This document shows positions 1 to 11,841 of a stretch of 64,000 bases of DNA, piece by piece. A program made the position numbers and the translations under genes. Below the pieces are notes generated by a model. It did no database searches. It was not told where the DNA came from and saw nothing but the letters and a program-made list of their open reading frames with translations. The stretch spans positions 103,416,001 through 103,480,000 of the forward strand of contig OX597817.1 in NCBI GenBank assembly GCA_951406725.2, written 5' to 3'. Position 1 is the stretch's first letter. The number at the start of each line of letters is the position of its first letter. Source of the DNA: Octopus vulgaris. Its lineage: Eukaryota.

Positions 1-300
1 AAATAATGAACAGAAATGTGAAATAAAAGTAGCAAAAAGAAATGTTAGTAAAAAGAAATTTTAACTTATCTGTAAGGTAATTTTTCCCTCCGTGAATTAA
101 ACATGGCTACCAGCAATCGTATAATCCAACATTGTGAGCTACTTTTGGGGGGAGATAATTCTTATTAACATTTGTTTCCATTTGTTTTCGTATTTCATGT
201 TGTTTACTGTTGTTGACGTCCTGTACCTATATATGCATATGTATATATATTATTTATATTATTATTTGATTGAACGCCACGCATCCATTTCCAAGTAAGT

Positions 301-388
<88 letters not shown>

Positions 389-407
389 ATCTACATCTAT
401 CTATATC

Positions 408-443
<36 letters not shown>

Positions 444-490
444 AGTACGTACGTACGTATGTATGTATGTATGTATGTATGTATGCATGC
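301..490. repeat. Compound microsatellite (TATC)n-(TATATG)n-(TATG)n
   Basis: Directly visible; explains ORFs 270..554 and 381..584. Confidence 0.98.
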
Positions 491-539
491 ATGTATTGAT
501 ATAAAATATTTCTTTCGAAACATATGCATACGTGTTACT

Positions 540-790
540 GTTGTGTTTGTTTAGTCCCCAGAACGATGCATGGCTGCTTCTCACAGCTATACTACAATGT
601 AAAAGTCTCCCTGCATTGATTCATGCATAAATATGTACTTATAGACAGAAAACAGTATGTTGTAATTTGACTGGCGTTTCTACCAGCTCTAGCATACATG
701 ATGAATTAAATGTTTGTTGTAGGGAGTGATCTGAGGGAGATCTACCTGTTAGTGCTAACAGGAGCATCTACGTTGAAGAAACATCCTACT
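540..790 (-). mobile_element. Degraded copy of SINE-like family C (tail ...GGGGCTAAACAACAAC)
   Basis: TTGTTTAGTCCCCAG at the left end and GAGGGAGATCTACCTGTTAGTGCTAACAGG resemble the reverse complement of copies at 15480-15715, 30720-30935, 35460-35525 and 37570-37690. Confidence 0.5.
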
Positions 791-998
791 ACGGTCAATA
801 AAGATGTACATACATAAAACAGTAGGGATGTGCTTTGAAGAAGATTTCGCTGTATTATCCATCAGGCTTTGTGTACATCATCAATACTAATATTTCTGTA
901 AAACTTTGACATTTCATTATCGCATTTAATTATGCATGAAAGAAATGTGATAACACACGCACATACATACACATATACATGCATACACATGTACATAT

Positions 999-1006
<8 letters not shown>

Positions 1007-1046
<40 letters not shown>

Positions 1047-1065
1047 TATTATATATATATATATA

Positions 1066-1134
<69 letters not shown>

Positions 1135-1140
1135 ATATAT
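1007..1140. repeat. (TA)n microsatellite
   Basis: Directly visible; a second long (TA)n lies at about 2632-2725. Confidence 0.98.
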
Positions 1141-1189
1141 ACACATATTTATATTTTTCTATTCTCTCTCTGTTTATTCCCTTGTGTTC

Positions 1190-1225
1190 CTTTCTGTTGA
1201 AGAGCGTAGGCTCGAAACGTAAAAG
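1190..1225 (+). ncRNA. Minimal type I hammerhead-like motif (A6U core variant); duplicated at 2774-2809
   Basis: CUUU-CUGUUGA-A-GAGC(GUAG)GCUC-GAAA-CG-UA-AAAG: stem I CUUU/AAAG, stem II GAGC/GCUC, palindromic stem III ACGU. Confidence 0.65.
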
Positions 1226-1482
1226 ACTTTCTCGCAGTCTCGAGCGTCAAACTAATACACCTGCTTGTTGTTTATGCACCTGTCTTCGTCTTATGTGTTT
1301 CTGTAAATTTCAACTATATATATATATATATATAAGATCCAGAGATCGAGGTTTAGGAAGGAAGTTAGCTTCAAGCAATTCGTAGTAAATATAAGAATGT
1401 TCTTTTATGATTTCACGGTAGGTGACTAAGTTTGCCGGGTCTGCGTATAAGAATACAAGTGTTACGGAATGAAGTAGATAAG

Positions 1483-1577
1483 ATCCAGGCTACATATGTT
1501 TCATAGCGAGCGGAAGCTCGGAAGTGTTAACTATCCAAGTGAGGTGCATGCTGCAGACTACTCTTGAGGCCAAGGAT
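1483..1577 (-). ncRNA. Type I hammerhead-like motif with long stem II (G5C core variant); duplicated at 3067-3161
   Basis: Minus strand AUCCUUGGC-CUCAAGA-GUAG...CGAGC(UUCC)GCUCG-CUAU-GAAA-CAUAUG-UA-GCCUGGAU. Confidence 0.6.
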
Positions 1578-1670
1578 ATCGTGATTAAACTTTGATTTAA
1601 TCAAAGTTCCGCTGGCTGTGTATCCCGTGTATTATTTTGGAAAAAAATCACCATCCCCAAATACAAATAT

Positions 1671-1749
<79 letters not shown>

Positions 1750-1802
1750 AATGGAGTTGAACGAAGATGTTAATAAAATTCCTTTACTTTCGACATATGT
1801 TT

Positions 1803-2631
1803 GAAGACAACAACATGCAATTTAATGCTGGTAAATTTCAAGCCTTACAATATGGTAAACACATATACATTTTATTCCAGGAGGGATCGAAATCCCAGGA
1901 ATAAACGATGATAGACATGATGACGATGCATCTTTTTCTTCACACATCAGGAAAGACGACTCACTGGCTGGAGAGCATTCCGGACAAGAGACTCGAGACC
2001 AACTATGGAGGACATTTGTCCTAAGCCGCCTAGACTACTGCTCCCAACTGTGGTCACCGCATAGTGTCAAACTAACCACAGAGCTTGAGACAATCCAAAG
2101 ACATTTCACCAAGAGGATTTCCACCATGAAAGAAAAGAACTATTGGGAGAGGCTTAGGGAACTCAATTTGTACTCCTTGGAACGAAGACGAGAGAGATAT
2201 GCAGTGATATACATATGGAAAATCCTGGAGGGACTAGCACCAAATTTTGGAATTGAGAGCTGTTCCAATCCCCGTACAGGTCGTCACTGTGTGGTGCCAA
2301 AGGTCCCGTCTTCCACATCCAGGGTAAGGAGCAGATACTGTAATAGCCTGGGGTTCAGGGGCCCTCAGCTGTTCAACAAACTGCCAAGAAAACTAAGAGA
2401 TCTACATGATGCGGATGTGGACATTTTCAAAAAACATCTAGACAAGCTGCTTTCCGGGATCCCAGATGAACCCACTGCAAGGTACGAAGGTAACCTAAGG
2501 GCAGCAGCTACAAACTCTCTCTTAGATCAGTGGCCAGCCACGGCAAACTGGACTTAGAGGGTAGCAACAAGGGCGGTGCCCCAGCATGGCCTCAGCCGGA
2601 TGGCTGAAACAAGTAAAAGAGTAAAAGAGTA
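1803..2631 (+). mobile_element. CR1-group LINE, 5'-truncated: RT C-terminus plus 3' UTR
   Basis: EDNNMQFNAGKFQAL, SRLDYCSQLWSP, and ORF 2126..2557 YWERLRELNLYSLERRRERYAVIYIWKIL...GPQLFNKLP; ends in a hairpin and (GTAAAAGA)n tail. Confidence 0.92.
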
Positions 2632-2718
<87 letters not shown>

Positions 2719-3254
2719 ATATATACACATATTTATATTTTTCTATTCTCTCTCTGTTTATTCCCTTGTGTTCCTTTCTGTTGAAGAGCGTAGGCTCGAA
2801 ACGTAAAAGACTTTCTCGCAGTCTCGAGCGTCAAACTAATACACCTGCTTGTTGTTTATGCACCTGTCTTCGTCTTATGTGTTTCTGTAAATTTCAACTA
2901 TATATATATATATATATAAGATCCAGAGATCGAGGTTTAGGAAGGAAGTTAGCTTCAAGCAATTCGTAGTAAATATAAGAATGTTCTTTTATGATTTCAC
3001 GGTAGGTGACTAAGTTTGCCGGGTCTGCGTATAAGAATACAAGTGTTACGGAATGAAGTAGATAAGATCCAGGCTACATATGTTTCATAGCGAGCGGAAG
3101 CTCGGAAGTGTTAACTATCCAAGTGAGGTGCATGCTGCAGACTACTCTTGAGGCCAAGGATATCGTGATTAAACTTTGATTTAATCAAAGTTCCGCTGGC
3201 TGTGTATCCCGTGTATTATTTTGGAAAAAAATCACCATCCCCAAATACAAATAT

Positions 3255-3332
<78 letters not shown>

Positions 3333-3333
<1 letters not shown>

Positions 3334-3790
3334 AATGGAGTTGAACGAAGATGTTAATAAAATTCCTTTACTTTCGACATATGTTTCGAAGGCAACATGG
3401 TTTTATTCCAAAGGAATAAACGATGTAAGATGTAATCTTCTCATCAGGAAAGAAAGAAAGAGAGCTTCTCTCAACAACAAGACATTATAACAATTATGAT
3501 GACTGCCTACCTGATAAACAGAACGTTATTAAGTATTTAAAAAAACCGTTAGTAGAGTTGACGTCAAAGGCAGATAGTGAGAAGAGAAGGGTTACAGGGA
3601 TAATAAGTAGGGAACAAATAGGGTGGGGAAGTGATACGTTGATTAAAAGAATGTTCAAAGGCTTAGGAAAAGATTCCTCTATTGAAGTGAAGTGCAAGTT
3701 AAACTAATTGTTCAAACTATAATGACTGGCGAAATCACCTATATGAGTAAAATGTATGTTTCTGCCAGTGTTTACATTTGTACGATCTCT
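3333..3790 (-). mobile_element. Hammerhead-bearing repeat (Penelope pLTR- or retrozyme-like), homologous to about 40060-40329 (+)
   Basis: Shared flanks TTAATAACGTTCTGTTTATCA, TGTTATAATGTCTTGTTG and TAAAGGAATTTTATTAACATCTTCGTTCAACTCCATTT surround the ribozyme motif in both loci. Confidence 0.65.
3371..3452 (-). ncRNA. Canonical type I hammerhead ribozyme
   Basis: Minus strand CUUUC-CUGAUGA-GAAG...UUUAUUCC(UUU)GGAAUAAA...CUUC-GAAA-CAUAUG-UC-GAAAG: intact core, GUC cleavage triplet, 5-bp stem I, palindromic stem III. Confidence 0.88.
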
Positions 3791-3825
3791 CTATAAGTGT
3801 GTTTACAAGAGGATTCTTAGAGAAT

Positions 3826-4725
3826 CAGTTTCAGCTGAAAGATGTGGCCATGCTAGGGCAACGCCGTTTTGCTACACTGTTATTATTGAGACTCTCCTCT
3901 GATATGTGGCACTTGGTGAATAAGTGAGTTTGATGTCGCTACTCTCATTTGCACCTCCCGCCGCGAAGTAGGTTTATCTGGGACTCTCGACAGGAAGCGA
4001 TCCAGTTTTGATTTGAAAACACCTACATCTACTTTGTGTTGGTACCTTAGGCTCTTTGGAAGAATATTAAAAAGCTGTAGGCCCCCTGAAACCCAGGCTG
4101 TTGCAGTAACTGGTCTTGAAGCGCGATGGCATTGCTGAGATCTTTGGCACTGTGCAGTGACGACCCTTTCTGGCATTTGTGTAGCTTTCAATGCTAAAAT
4201 TTGGCACAATCTCTTCCAGGATCTTCCAGATGTATATCACTGCATATCTCTCCCGCCTACGTTGCAGGGCGTCTTAGCTGTTTCAACCTTTCCCAGTAGC
4301 TGAGCTGTTGCAATGAGACGATCTTTGTGAAGCTTCGCTGGATTACTTCAAGGTCCGCTATTAATTTTGCACTGTGGGTTGACCATAGCTGGGAGAAGTA
4401 GTCCAGGCGGCTGAGGACGAATGTCCTTCAGAGGATCATCATGGTTTCCTTCTCTCTGATTCTGAAGGTTCTTAGGATCCAGCCAGCCAGTCGCCTGCAC
4501 TTTGTCGCCATCCTGGTAATGTGTACTTGGAAAAACGTATCATCACTCATGTTGATACACAGTTTCCGCACTTATTTAGGCTCTGGCATTGTAATTCCTG
4601 ATGGGCCAGTGTACCCTGTAATTTTTATATTCAGTTTTGGGCACTGGTAGCGCAGAGCTTGGAATTTCTCAGCATTAAACTGCATATTATTGTCTTCAGC
4701 CCATCTGTAAATTGAGTCCAACGCA
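3826..4725 (-). mobile_element. CR1-group LINE fragment, same family as 1803-2631
   Basis: LDSIYRWAEDNNMQFNAEKFQALRY and GLQLFNILPKSLR...FKSKLDRFLSRVPD; the 3' UTR GGCGTTGCCCTAGCATGGCC...GCTGAAAC matches the other copy. Confidence 0.92.
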
Positions 4726-4730
4726 TGGAA

Positions 4731-4890
4731 GTAAGAGGCTTTAATGCCTCGAGTTATAAAACAAGGTAAGAGGCTTAGTGCCTCATTTTGTAAGGACGTG
4801 GAGCCCATTTGTGAAAAATGTAAGAGGCTTAGTGCCTCTTTTGAAAGGACCGTGTGTCCCAATGAACTATAGTAAGAGGTTTATAACCTC
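4731..4890. repeat. Four-copy hairpin repeat GTAAGAGGC-loop-GCCTC with 15, 35 and 33 nt spacers
   Basis: Copies at 4731-4750, 4766-4784, 4820-4838 and 4872-4890; the fourth has a compensatory GAGGT/ACCTC stem. Confidence 0.85.
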
Positions 4891-5054
4891 AATTGGTTTT
4901 ATAAAAGAGAAAAAAAGAACAATGCTTTCGGGAAGTATCGATCGGCGGGCGTCGTCTGCTTCCCTCATCAATATCATTATTTTGCTCATCATTTGTGTTG
5001 TTGTCCACCCCGCATTTGCTTCTATCTATGTAATGCCCTTATGGCAAATTTGAT

Positions 5055-5215
5055 GAAATAAAGAAGCTTGCTTCCCAACCACATAATTCTTGGTCCAGTC
5101 CCACTGCGTGACACCATGGGTTGGCGTTCTCTATTATAGTCTCGGGCCCACCGAAACCTCGTGAGTGGATTTGGGAGATAGAAAATGAAAGTAACCCATC
5201 GTATATATATGTATA
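5055..5215 (+). mobile_element. tRNA-derived SINE family B, 5' half
   Basis: AAGAAGCTTGCTTCCCAACCAC...GTCCCACTGCGTG...GTGAGTGGATTTGG, matching 19234-19592 and 23095-23240. Confidence 0.8.
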
Positions 5216-5696
5216 TTCATTCAAAACTGGCGACAAGAATCTATGAACGACACCGTTGAAACATACTTCTCTACCTTGTTATAAATTTACATGCGTATCT
5301 GTAATCATTAGGATTCTGAAAACTTAATAGGTAAGTGGACAAGGTACAATATGAAGACTTTTATAAATTTCAGTATGGAACTCTTTCCTACTTTCTAAAT
5401 TCTAACGATGGAGTTTAGTTTCTTAATTAGAAACCAACACCTTCTTCATTGGAAGAATTCAACAAATTAACAACAACAATAAGCAAACTAGATCATATAA
5501 ATGTTTTACGCATAACTGAAATTGTTTTATCTTTCATTTAGTTACAATATTTTATATTATCAGACGGGTTGTCCATACTTTACAGAAAATAAAACTTTTA
5601 AACAAGTTGTATGCAAACAGAAAGAAGTATATTGAGTAATTTAAAATTATTGTAGCAGGCCAGGTTCCAGAAACGATATGTTTTATTAAGAGAAAG

Positions 5697-5722
5697 GGAG
5701 AGAGAGAGAGAGAGAGAGAGAT

Positions 5723-5765
<43 letters not shown>
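5697..5765. repeat. (GA)n microsatellite
   Basis: Directly visible; similar tracts at 22240-22276, 27701-27800 and 53466-53506. Confidence 0.97.
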
Positions 5766-5767
<2 letters not shown>

Positions 5768-5859
5768 CGCTAACTTTCACTATTTAAGATAATAATAGTA
5801 AGTAAGATGGATACGAAGGCAAGCGATTGTGTATGTAGAGAGAAACAAAGGCAACAGTC

Positions 5860-6900
5860 ACACAGAATAACTGATACCAACAACAACATGCATGATAACA
5901 ACATTATCGAGACTTAACCCTACAATCCCATGAATAAAGAATGATATTTTTATTATTCTTTGAGCTTTGTCTGAAAGAAATCGACTGACAATAACTGTAA
6001 GTTCTGCCGTCATAAAGTGATGGTTTTGCTAGGGAAATGAGTTTCAAATGTTAGGATTTAACAGTTTTACGAAAATTACTCAACAGTTCTAACTCTCCTT
6101 ATTACAATTACTTCGATGAAAATATTCCTTCCTGTAACTGGCATTAGATTTTGCTTTCTTGGAAGTTGCTTATATCCTAAGTGTTTATGATCTAACTTAT
6201 TGTTACAATGCTATATGCATTCAAATAATGATAAAAGACAATATATACAACTTTTCCTTATCAACTCAGACATTATCAGACAACTAAAGTTATCGGCAAT
6301 CCAGTAAATGAGGCATTAAATGTTGGCACTATAAAACAGATGGATTACATTACCATAGTCAATTATGTTTACGCCGAAGCTTATCAACTATTGTACTAAA
6401 ACATGTACTAGAGCATATAGATTGTTCAAAATCCTTGGACTGTTGCAATTGCCAACTTAATATTTTGCATATTTTCTAGCACTAGACGGATTGGCAACAA
6501 TTTTCAGAAGGTAGAGCCATTTTTCAATGTGACTTTTGCATTTATTCTTACGATCTCCAGAATCTGATCGTTATAGAGAATATGGATGGCAACCAAACAT
6601 GATAATCATCCCAGAAGACCAATCTCAACGTCAAAGGTCACATATTCTTGTTGCAATGGAAAGTTGATTGGATAACTGTCAGATTAGATTGATTCAACCG
6701 CATTCTACAACAGTGGACAGTAGACTTATATTTATAAATTGATGTCTATAATCTATATCTGGTAAGAAGAAAACAAATCGACTAAGAGGTGATCAATACA
6801 AAGGAATGATGCATATTCTGAATGTGGAATCAAAAACGTTTGAAGGTGGCTGGGATGTAATTGTACAATCTTCACAATGAGGTGAAAATGAGTATCATAT
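5860..6900 (-). mobile_element. Possible highly degraded Helitron Rep-region remnant
   Basis: Only scattered short peptide echoes across frameshifts (e.g. WDDYHVW, TVIQSTFH); weak. Confidence 0.25.
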
Positions 6901-7011
6901 CATAACTTGTCAATGAGCATCATAGTATAACTAGACAATGACCATTACTAGGTGGTGAACCAGCAGAATGATTAAAGCGGAGGACCATTACATTTCAATA
7001 TATATTTCAGC

Positions 7012-7520
7012 TAAGGCGGCGAGCTGGCAGAATCATTAGCAGGCCGAACAAAATGCTTAGTGGCATTTCATCTGTCTTTATGATATGAGTTCAAATTAAG
7101 GTGGCCAGCTGGTTGAATCGCTAACATGCTGGACAAAATGCTTGACAGCATTTCGTCCGTCTTTACGTTCGAACTTCAAATTCCATCGAGGTTGACTTGA
7201 CATTTCATCCTGTCAGGATCGATAAAATAAGTATCAGTTGAGCATTGGGGTTGATATATTCATCTTATCCCCCTCCTCTGAACTTGCTGGTCTTGTAACA
7301 AAACTTGAAGCCAATATTTATTCCAGCTCAAGGCAGCAAGCTGCTCAGAATAGTTACCACGCCGGAAAAAATGTTTAGCAACATTTCGTCCGACTTGACG
7401 TTCTGTGTTCAAATGCTGCCGTGGTCGACTTTGACTTTCATCTTTTCGGAGTCTGTAAAATAACTACAAGCTGAGTACTGGGGTTGATATAATTGAGCAA
7501 ATCGGTACTTATTATTTATT
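7012..7520 (+). mobile_element. Cluster of three SINE family A (Meta-domain-like) copies
   Basis: Heads AAGGCGGCGAGCTGGCAGAA at about 7013, 7098 and 7330; central GTCGACTTTG(C/A)CTTTCATC(C/T)TTTCGG...TAAAATAA(G/C)TA motif. Confidence 0.85.
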
Positions 7521-8839
7521 CTGGTTCTCAATTCTCTGAGTTTTGAGGTAGTATCACCCAGTTTAACACCACCACCACCATCTGATCTTCGGGTACTTTT
7601 AGCGGAGTTTACGTTGTTGTGAGTTTTCAAGATCTTTTGTCTGTTTTCATAATGATTAGTTTCCTTCATGTTTCGATGACAGTAAAAAGTAAATGGTCAT
7701 GGCCACTTGAATTCCCTCCTTGGCTAAATCTTAAAAGCTTTGACACTCTTGTCACATATTTAGAGACATTCTTAAGTTTTTTAACAAGAGATTTATGCTC
7801 ATGTCTCACCTATGACTAGAAAAAAATATGAATCTCTTATAAAATGATGAACCCTTCTAATTAGTGACAGCTGTGAATTACAATTTCAAACATGTATAAA
7901 AATGTGCAAGTGCTTAATAAAATTTGGAAATATTTAGACAGTTGACGTCTCAATAAAGCAGATTTTAGAGAATGTATTGCATGTCATATATACACAGTTT
8001 ATCGTCTGTTAATTCATTTTCCTGTTGAACAGTTGGTAGATTTTCAAGAACAAACATATTTAGTTTATTGAGGCAGCTCCAAAACACGCGTAGTCTGGCT
8101 ATTTCAAATTAATAAAAACGCCAACAATGTATACTAGCGACCAAAATCTCATGTCATTATACCTAAAAATATATAAAATACATCTCAAAAATGTCAGAAA
8201 CGAATAGAACAGACTGTACCACGAAGTTTGTCAGCAGCTTAAAGGATAAGGAGAGATTTTGTTTGAAAATAACATAATTTGCTAGGAAAGCTAAAAATTT
8301 TGATGAAATGAAGATAGTTGATAAATTTGAATACAAATCGTTGTTGAAAATCTGCGGTTAATCGAAAGAAAGAGGAATGAAGGGATTCGATCTTTAAAAG
8401 CTTCAGTATCCAGTATGGCAAACAATTTCGATAAACGTTCTCATTAATCTGTGTGTTATTTGATTCAGCAAAAGAATCGAACAATCTCGTTGTTTCTATA
8501 GGGATAATACTGTGAAACAACTGCACACATTTTAGCGTGTGTTATAAGAAGTGCGCACTTTCTTTTACACGATTTAATCAGAGGATAAAAGAAAGACCCA
8601 TGATCTTTTAAAAATTCTGAAAGAGGAAAGGGAGGAAGTTATCCTCAAACAGAAAATCTGGTCTGAATGCTTTCAACAAAGGGAAAAACCTGTAAACATA
8701 TCCAAGGGATACGTAGTGGCATTTGACGGAGTGTCAGATTAAGCCTAGGACCGAAGAACACTTTGGTAAAAGACACTTGCCTGGAGTGCTGAAAACCCTT
8801 TAACTACACAAATATTACTAATTAGATTTTCAGCAAAAA

Positions 8840-9690
8840 AGAAAATAATGAGCAATGAAACAATTTATAAAGCTGCAAAGGAAATCACAAAAATCCAACA
8901 TTTGGCTCCTACGCTATACTCAAGCGTCAGCTATTTAAAATTATTCCTGCTGTTGCAGTTGGAAGCCATTTCTAGTTCACTGATACTGCATGAGATTCAG
9001 GCAACACCTACATATACGATATTCTGATGACTTATCTGAGAAGCCAATGAAAAATAATACAAGTATTTGTTAGCACAAGAATTGCAGTTGATTTTCTAAG
9101 TGGTGGTGGATCAGTTCTCAATGGATTGAAATGAATGAGTTCGGTACTTTGATAACACTGATCTTACACCTCACACTGAACTCGATACAGGTCAAGTCAA
9201 CCATCAGATGGGATATGGTGGAGAAAGTCAGTGTTATTGAAATACTAATTTAGAAATTAATTTCACCAGGCGCGAACAAGGAAATTTCTGATGCATCTAA
9301 GAAGGTTATGATTATATCGAAAAGATGAGATAATGCGCATCATCAATGAAGAAGAAAATTGGAGTGTCGATTAGGTCATTTCACATGATTAATTTTCGTG
9401 TAGAGTCTGAATAATTAATCTCTATCAAGGACGCTCCATCACTCACTGAAACTCAAAATTACCGCTACGAAACATGACCCACAAAAACATTTGTTGAATG
9501 GATTTTGACCATTAGCGAAAGGACTGCATAAGAATTTCATTGATACTGAAACAATTATGGGAGGTAATAAAGGAGAGCATATTTTTATGTCCCAAATTAA
9601 TTTACAATCATCCAACCCAATATTTCCATTCAATATACACCGCAGGCAATTTCTGTTATTCCTCGAATTTGTTATGACAAAAGATAGTGC
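8840..9690 (+). mobile_element. Helitron PIF1-like helicase remnant (pseudogenised)
   Basis: About 9520-9690 reads LHKNFIDTETIMGGNKGEHIFMSQINLQSSNPIFPFNIHRRQFLLFLEFVMT, matching the RepHel C-terminal pattern KGE.VFIPRI.L...PF...RRQFP..LAFAMT. Confidence 0.7.
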
Positions 9691-10049
9691 CTTTCTACTC
9701 AAGCCAGTTTTTGTCATTCCTTGATTCAAGATCAGTCATTATTAAGTGTGTCTATGATAAAAAGCTTTCCAGCCGTGACCACGTTGTCTGTTCAAGATAG
9801 TGTATCTGAGACTACACTATCCAATGTGATCTTTCATTTTCAAGATGATAACTTGTAATTTGGGGAAGATTTGAAAGTCCACGTAGAATCACCTTCGTTG
9901 ACCAGTACTTCGTCATGTGGTTATTATCAAGGGTATAGAAACTTTTTGACAAAAAGGTCATTAACTATAATTATGAAATAGATTTTGAAGAAGTAATTAT
10001 CATATATACATTTATAGGGAAAAATTTATTTTAAAGAAAAATTGCCTTC

Positions 10050-10212
<163 letters not shown>

Positions 10213-10613
10213 CCACGGTAATTATTGAAAATAATCCGGTAAGCATAAATGGAGAAATTTTCTCGCCCTAAGTAGGGAAAATTCTTTCAATTCAAAATCT
10301 ATTTTATTGGTGAGATATCTTATATTTTAAACTATGTCTACTTGTTAATGTTATAGTTATTTGCTTTGTATTGAGTCCTTAACCTTTGATAGAGTTGTAA
10401 GCGTGCTGCCGTAATATGCAGCTTGGGTGAAGGACTTAAACCCGGCGGAGCCGGCTCCGCTCCAGTTCTGACCACAACCCATTTAATAGATCCTCAGATA
10501 CCTCTTCCAAAGGGTCCTATCAGAAGCACCGATCATTACATTTACCGGCAGGATTCTCAAGTATGATAAACTCAGACTGGATATTATCCAACAATTTCGT
10601 CATTCTTCTATCT

Positions 10614-10666
10614 TTAAATCACCTGCTGGTTGGCTCGGCTTGAAGAATTTTTCTTGTGATTCTTTC
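10614..10666 (-). CDS. Candidate downstream or terminal coding exon of the lectin-like gene
   Basis: Acceptor TATATTTGGTTCAG|G; the phase-1 frame compatible with 13941-14201 gives GKNHKKNSSSRANQQVI*; non-repetitive GC-richer sequence continues to about 10370. Confidence 0.3.
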
Positions 10667-11139
10667 CTGAACCAAATATATTATTACTGCCACTGAAATA
10701 TTACTTATGTAAATGTAATTGAAAATATACTAAATAATAACTTGCTGCAAATTAATACTGAGAATATGATTACCCATTCTCAATGAGATACCTTTTAATT
10801 TTAAACATTTTTACAACACTAATAAATATAGTAATATTGTCTTCAAATGATACTACACCTCCATAGTAATTATTTCTTTGCTGCGTTATCAAATTTCTAT
10901 CTGTAGCCAACTTTCGATCGCAATTATTGCTTCAAAAATGAAATCATCTTATTCAAGCATTTCTTGATAATTTGCGAATACAGAAACTTTTTCTAAATAT
11001 TCCTACCCCAGAACCAAGGTAGTTTCAGAAATTTATAATTATTCATACTTAACATCACGTTTTTCTACTGGTTATTGTGATAAGGATACTTATATACATG
11101 AATATGTGTGCATATATGCATGCCTGTATGTATGCATAT

Positions 11140-11628
11140 ACGCATACATACATACATACATACATACATACATACATACATACATACATACATGCATACA
11201 TACATACATACATACATGCAAGGTAATACGTACGCACATTCATGCAGACGCATACAAACACATACACACATACATATATGCTTGTGCTTGTGTGTGAATG
11301 TGCGTGTGTGTGTTACATATTGAATTAGTGTATAAGCACTTTAAAAATATATCCATATAATTTAAGAGCTCAATTGTTTAACATGTTAAACTTCAATATA
11401 TTATTACTGCACTGCAATATCCATAGTAGGAATTAGTTTTCATAGAAATAAATTGGCTCAAAAGAATGTTCAGAGCATAAAAAGCAAAGATCTCAATGAT
11501 ATTTGAAGATTATATGATTAAGTTCTCCAGTTGTTTCTACAGTTAAAATATAATCATCATATATATGCTATTATGTGTGTATACATTTGTCTCTCTTTCT
11601 CTCCACACACATATATACACACACACAC

Positions 11629-11661
<33 letters not shown>

Positions 11662-11784
11662 TGTATGTATGTATGTATGTATGTATGTATACACACATAC
11701 ATATGTATATGTATATATATACACATATACACACGCACACCTATATATATATATACATATATACATATATCATCATCATCATCA

Positions 11785-11840
<56 letters not shown>
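11140..11840. repeat. (CATA)n, (TATG)n, (CAT)n and (TAT)n microsatellites
   Basis: Directly visible; source of many spurious ORFs. Confidence 0.97.

Positions 11841-11841
<1 letters not shown>

Larger units (their letters stand above)
1125..3386 (+). repeat. Exact direct duplication: 1125-1802 repeated at 2709-3386 (offset 1584)
   Basis: Identical ORFs 1125..1385 and 2709..2969; the offset stays constant across the (CA)n/(TA)n tracts; the copies diverge after CGACATATGTTT. Confidence 0.95.

Noticed and set aside
490-534. CAUGUA...GAAA-CAUAUG-CA-UACGUG as a functional hammerhead
   Set aside because: Stems I and III fit, but the core (UUGAUAU), stem II and triplet (GCA) deviate; kept only as a decayed candidate.
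1125-1385. Duplicated 86-aa ORF (also 2709..2969)
   Set aside because: It spans microsatellites and repeat sequence inside the exact duplication.
4731-4890. CRISPR array interpretation of the hairpin repeats
   Set aside because: Eukaryotic context, no cas genes, 19-20 nt repeats, uneven spacers, and spacers 2 and 3 resemble each other.
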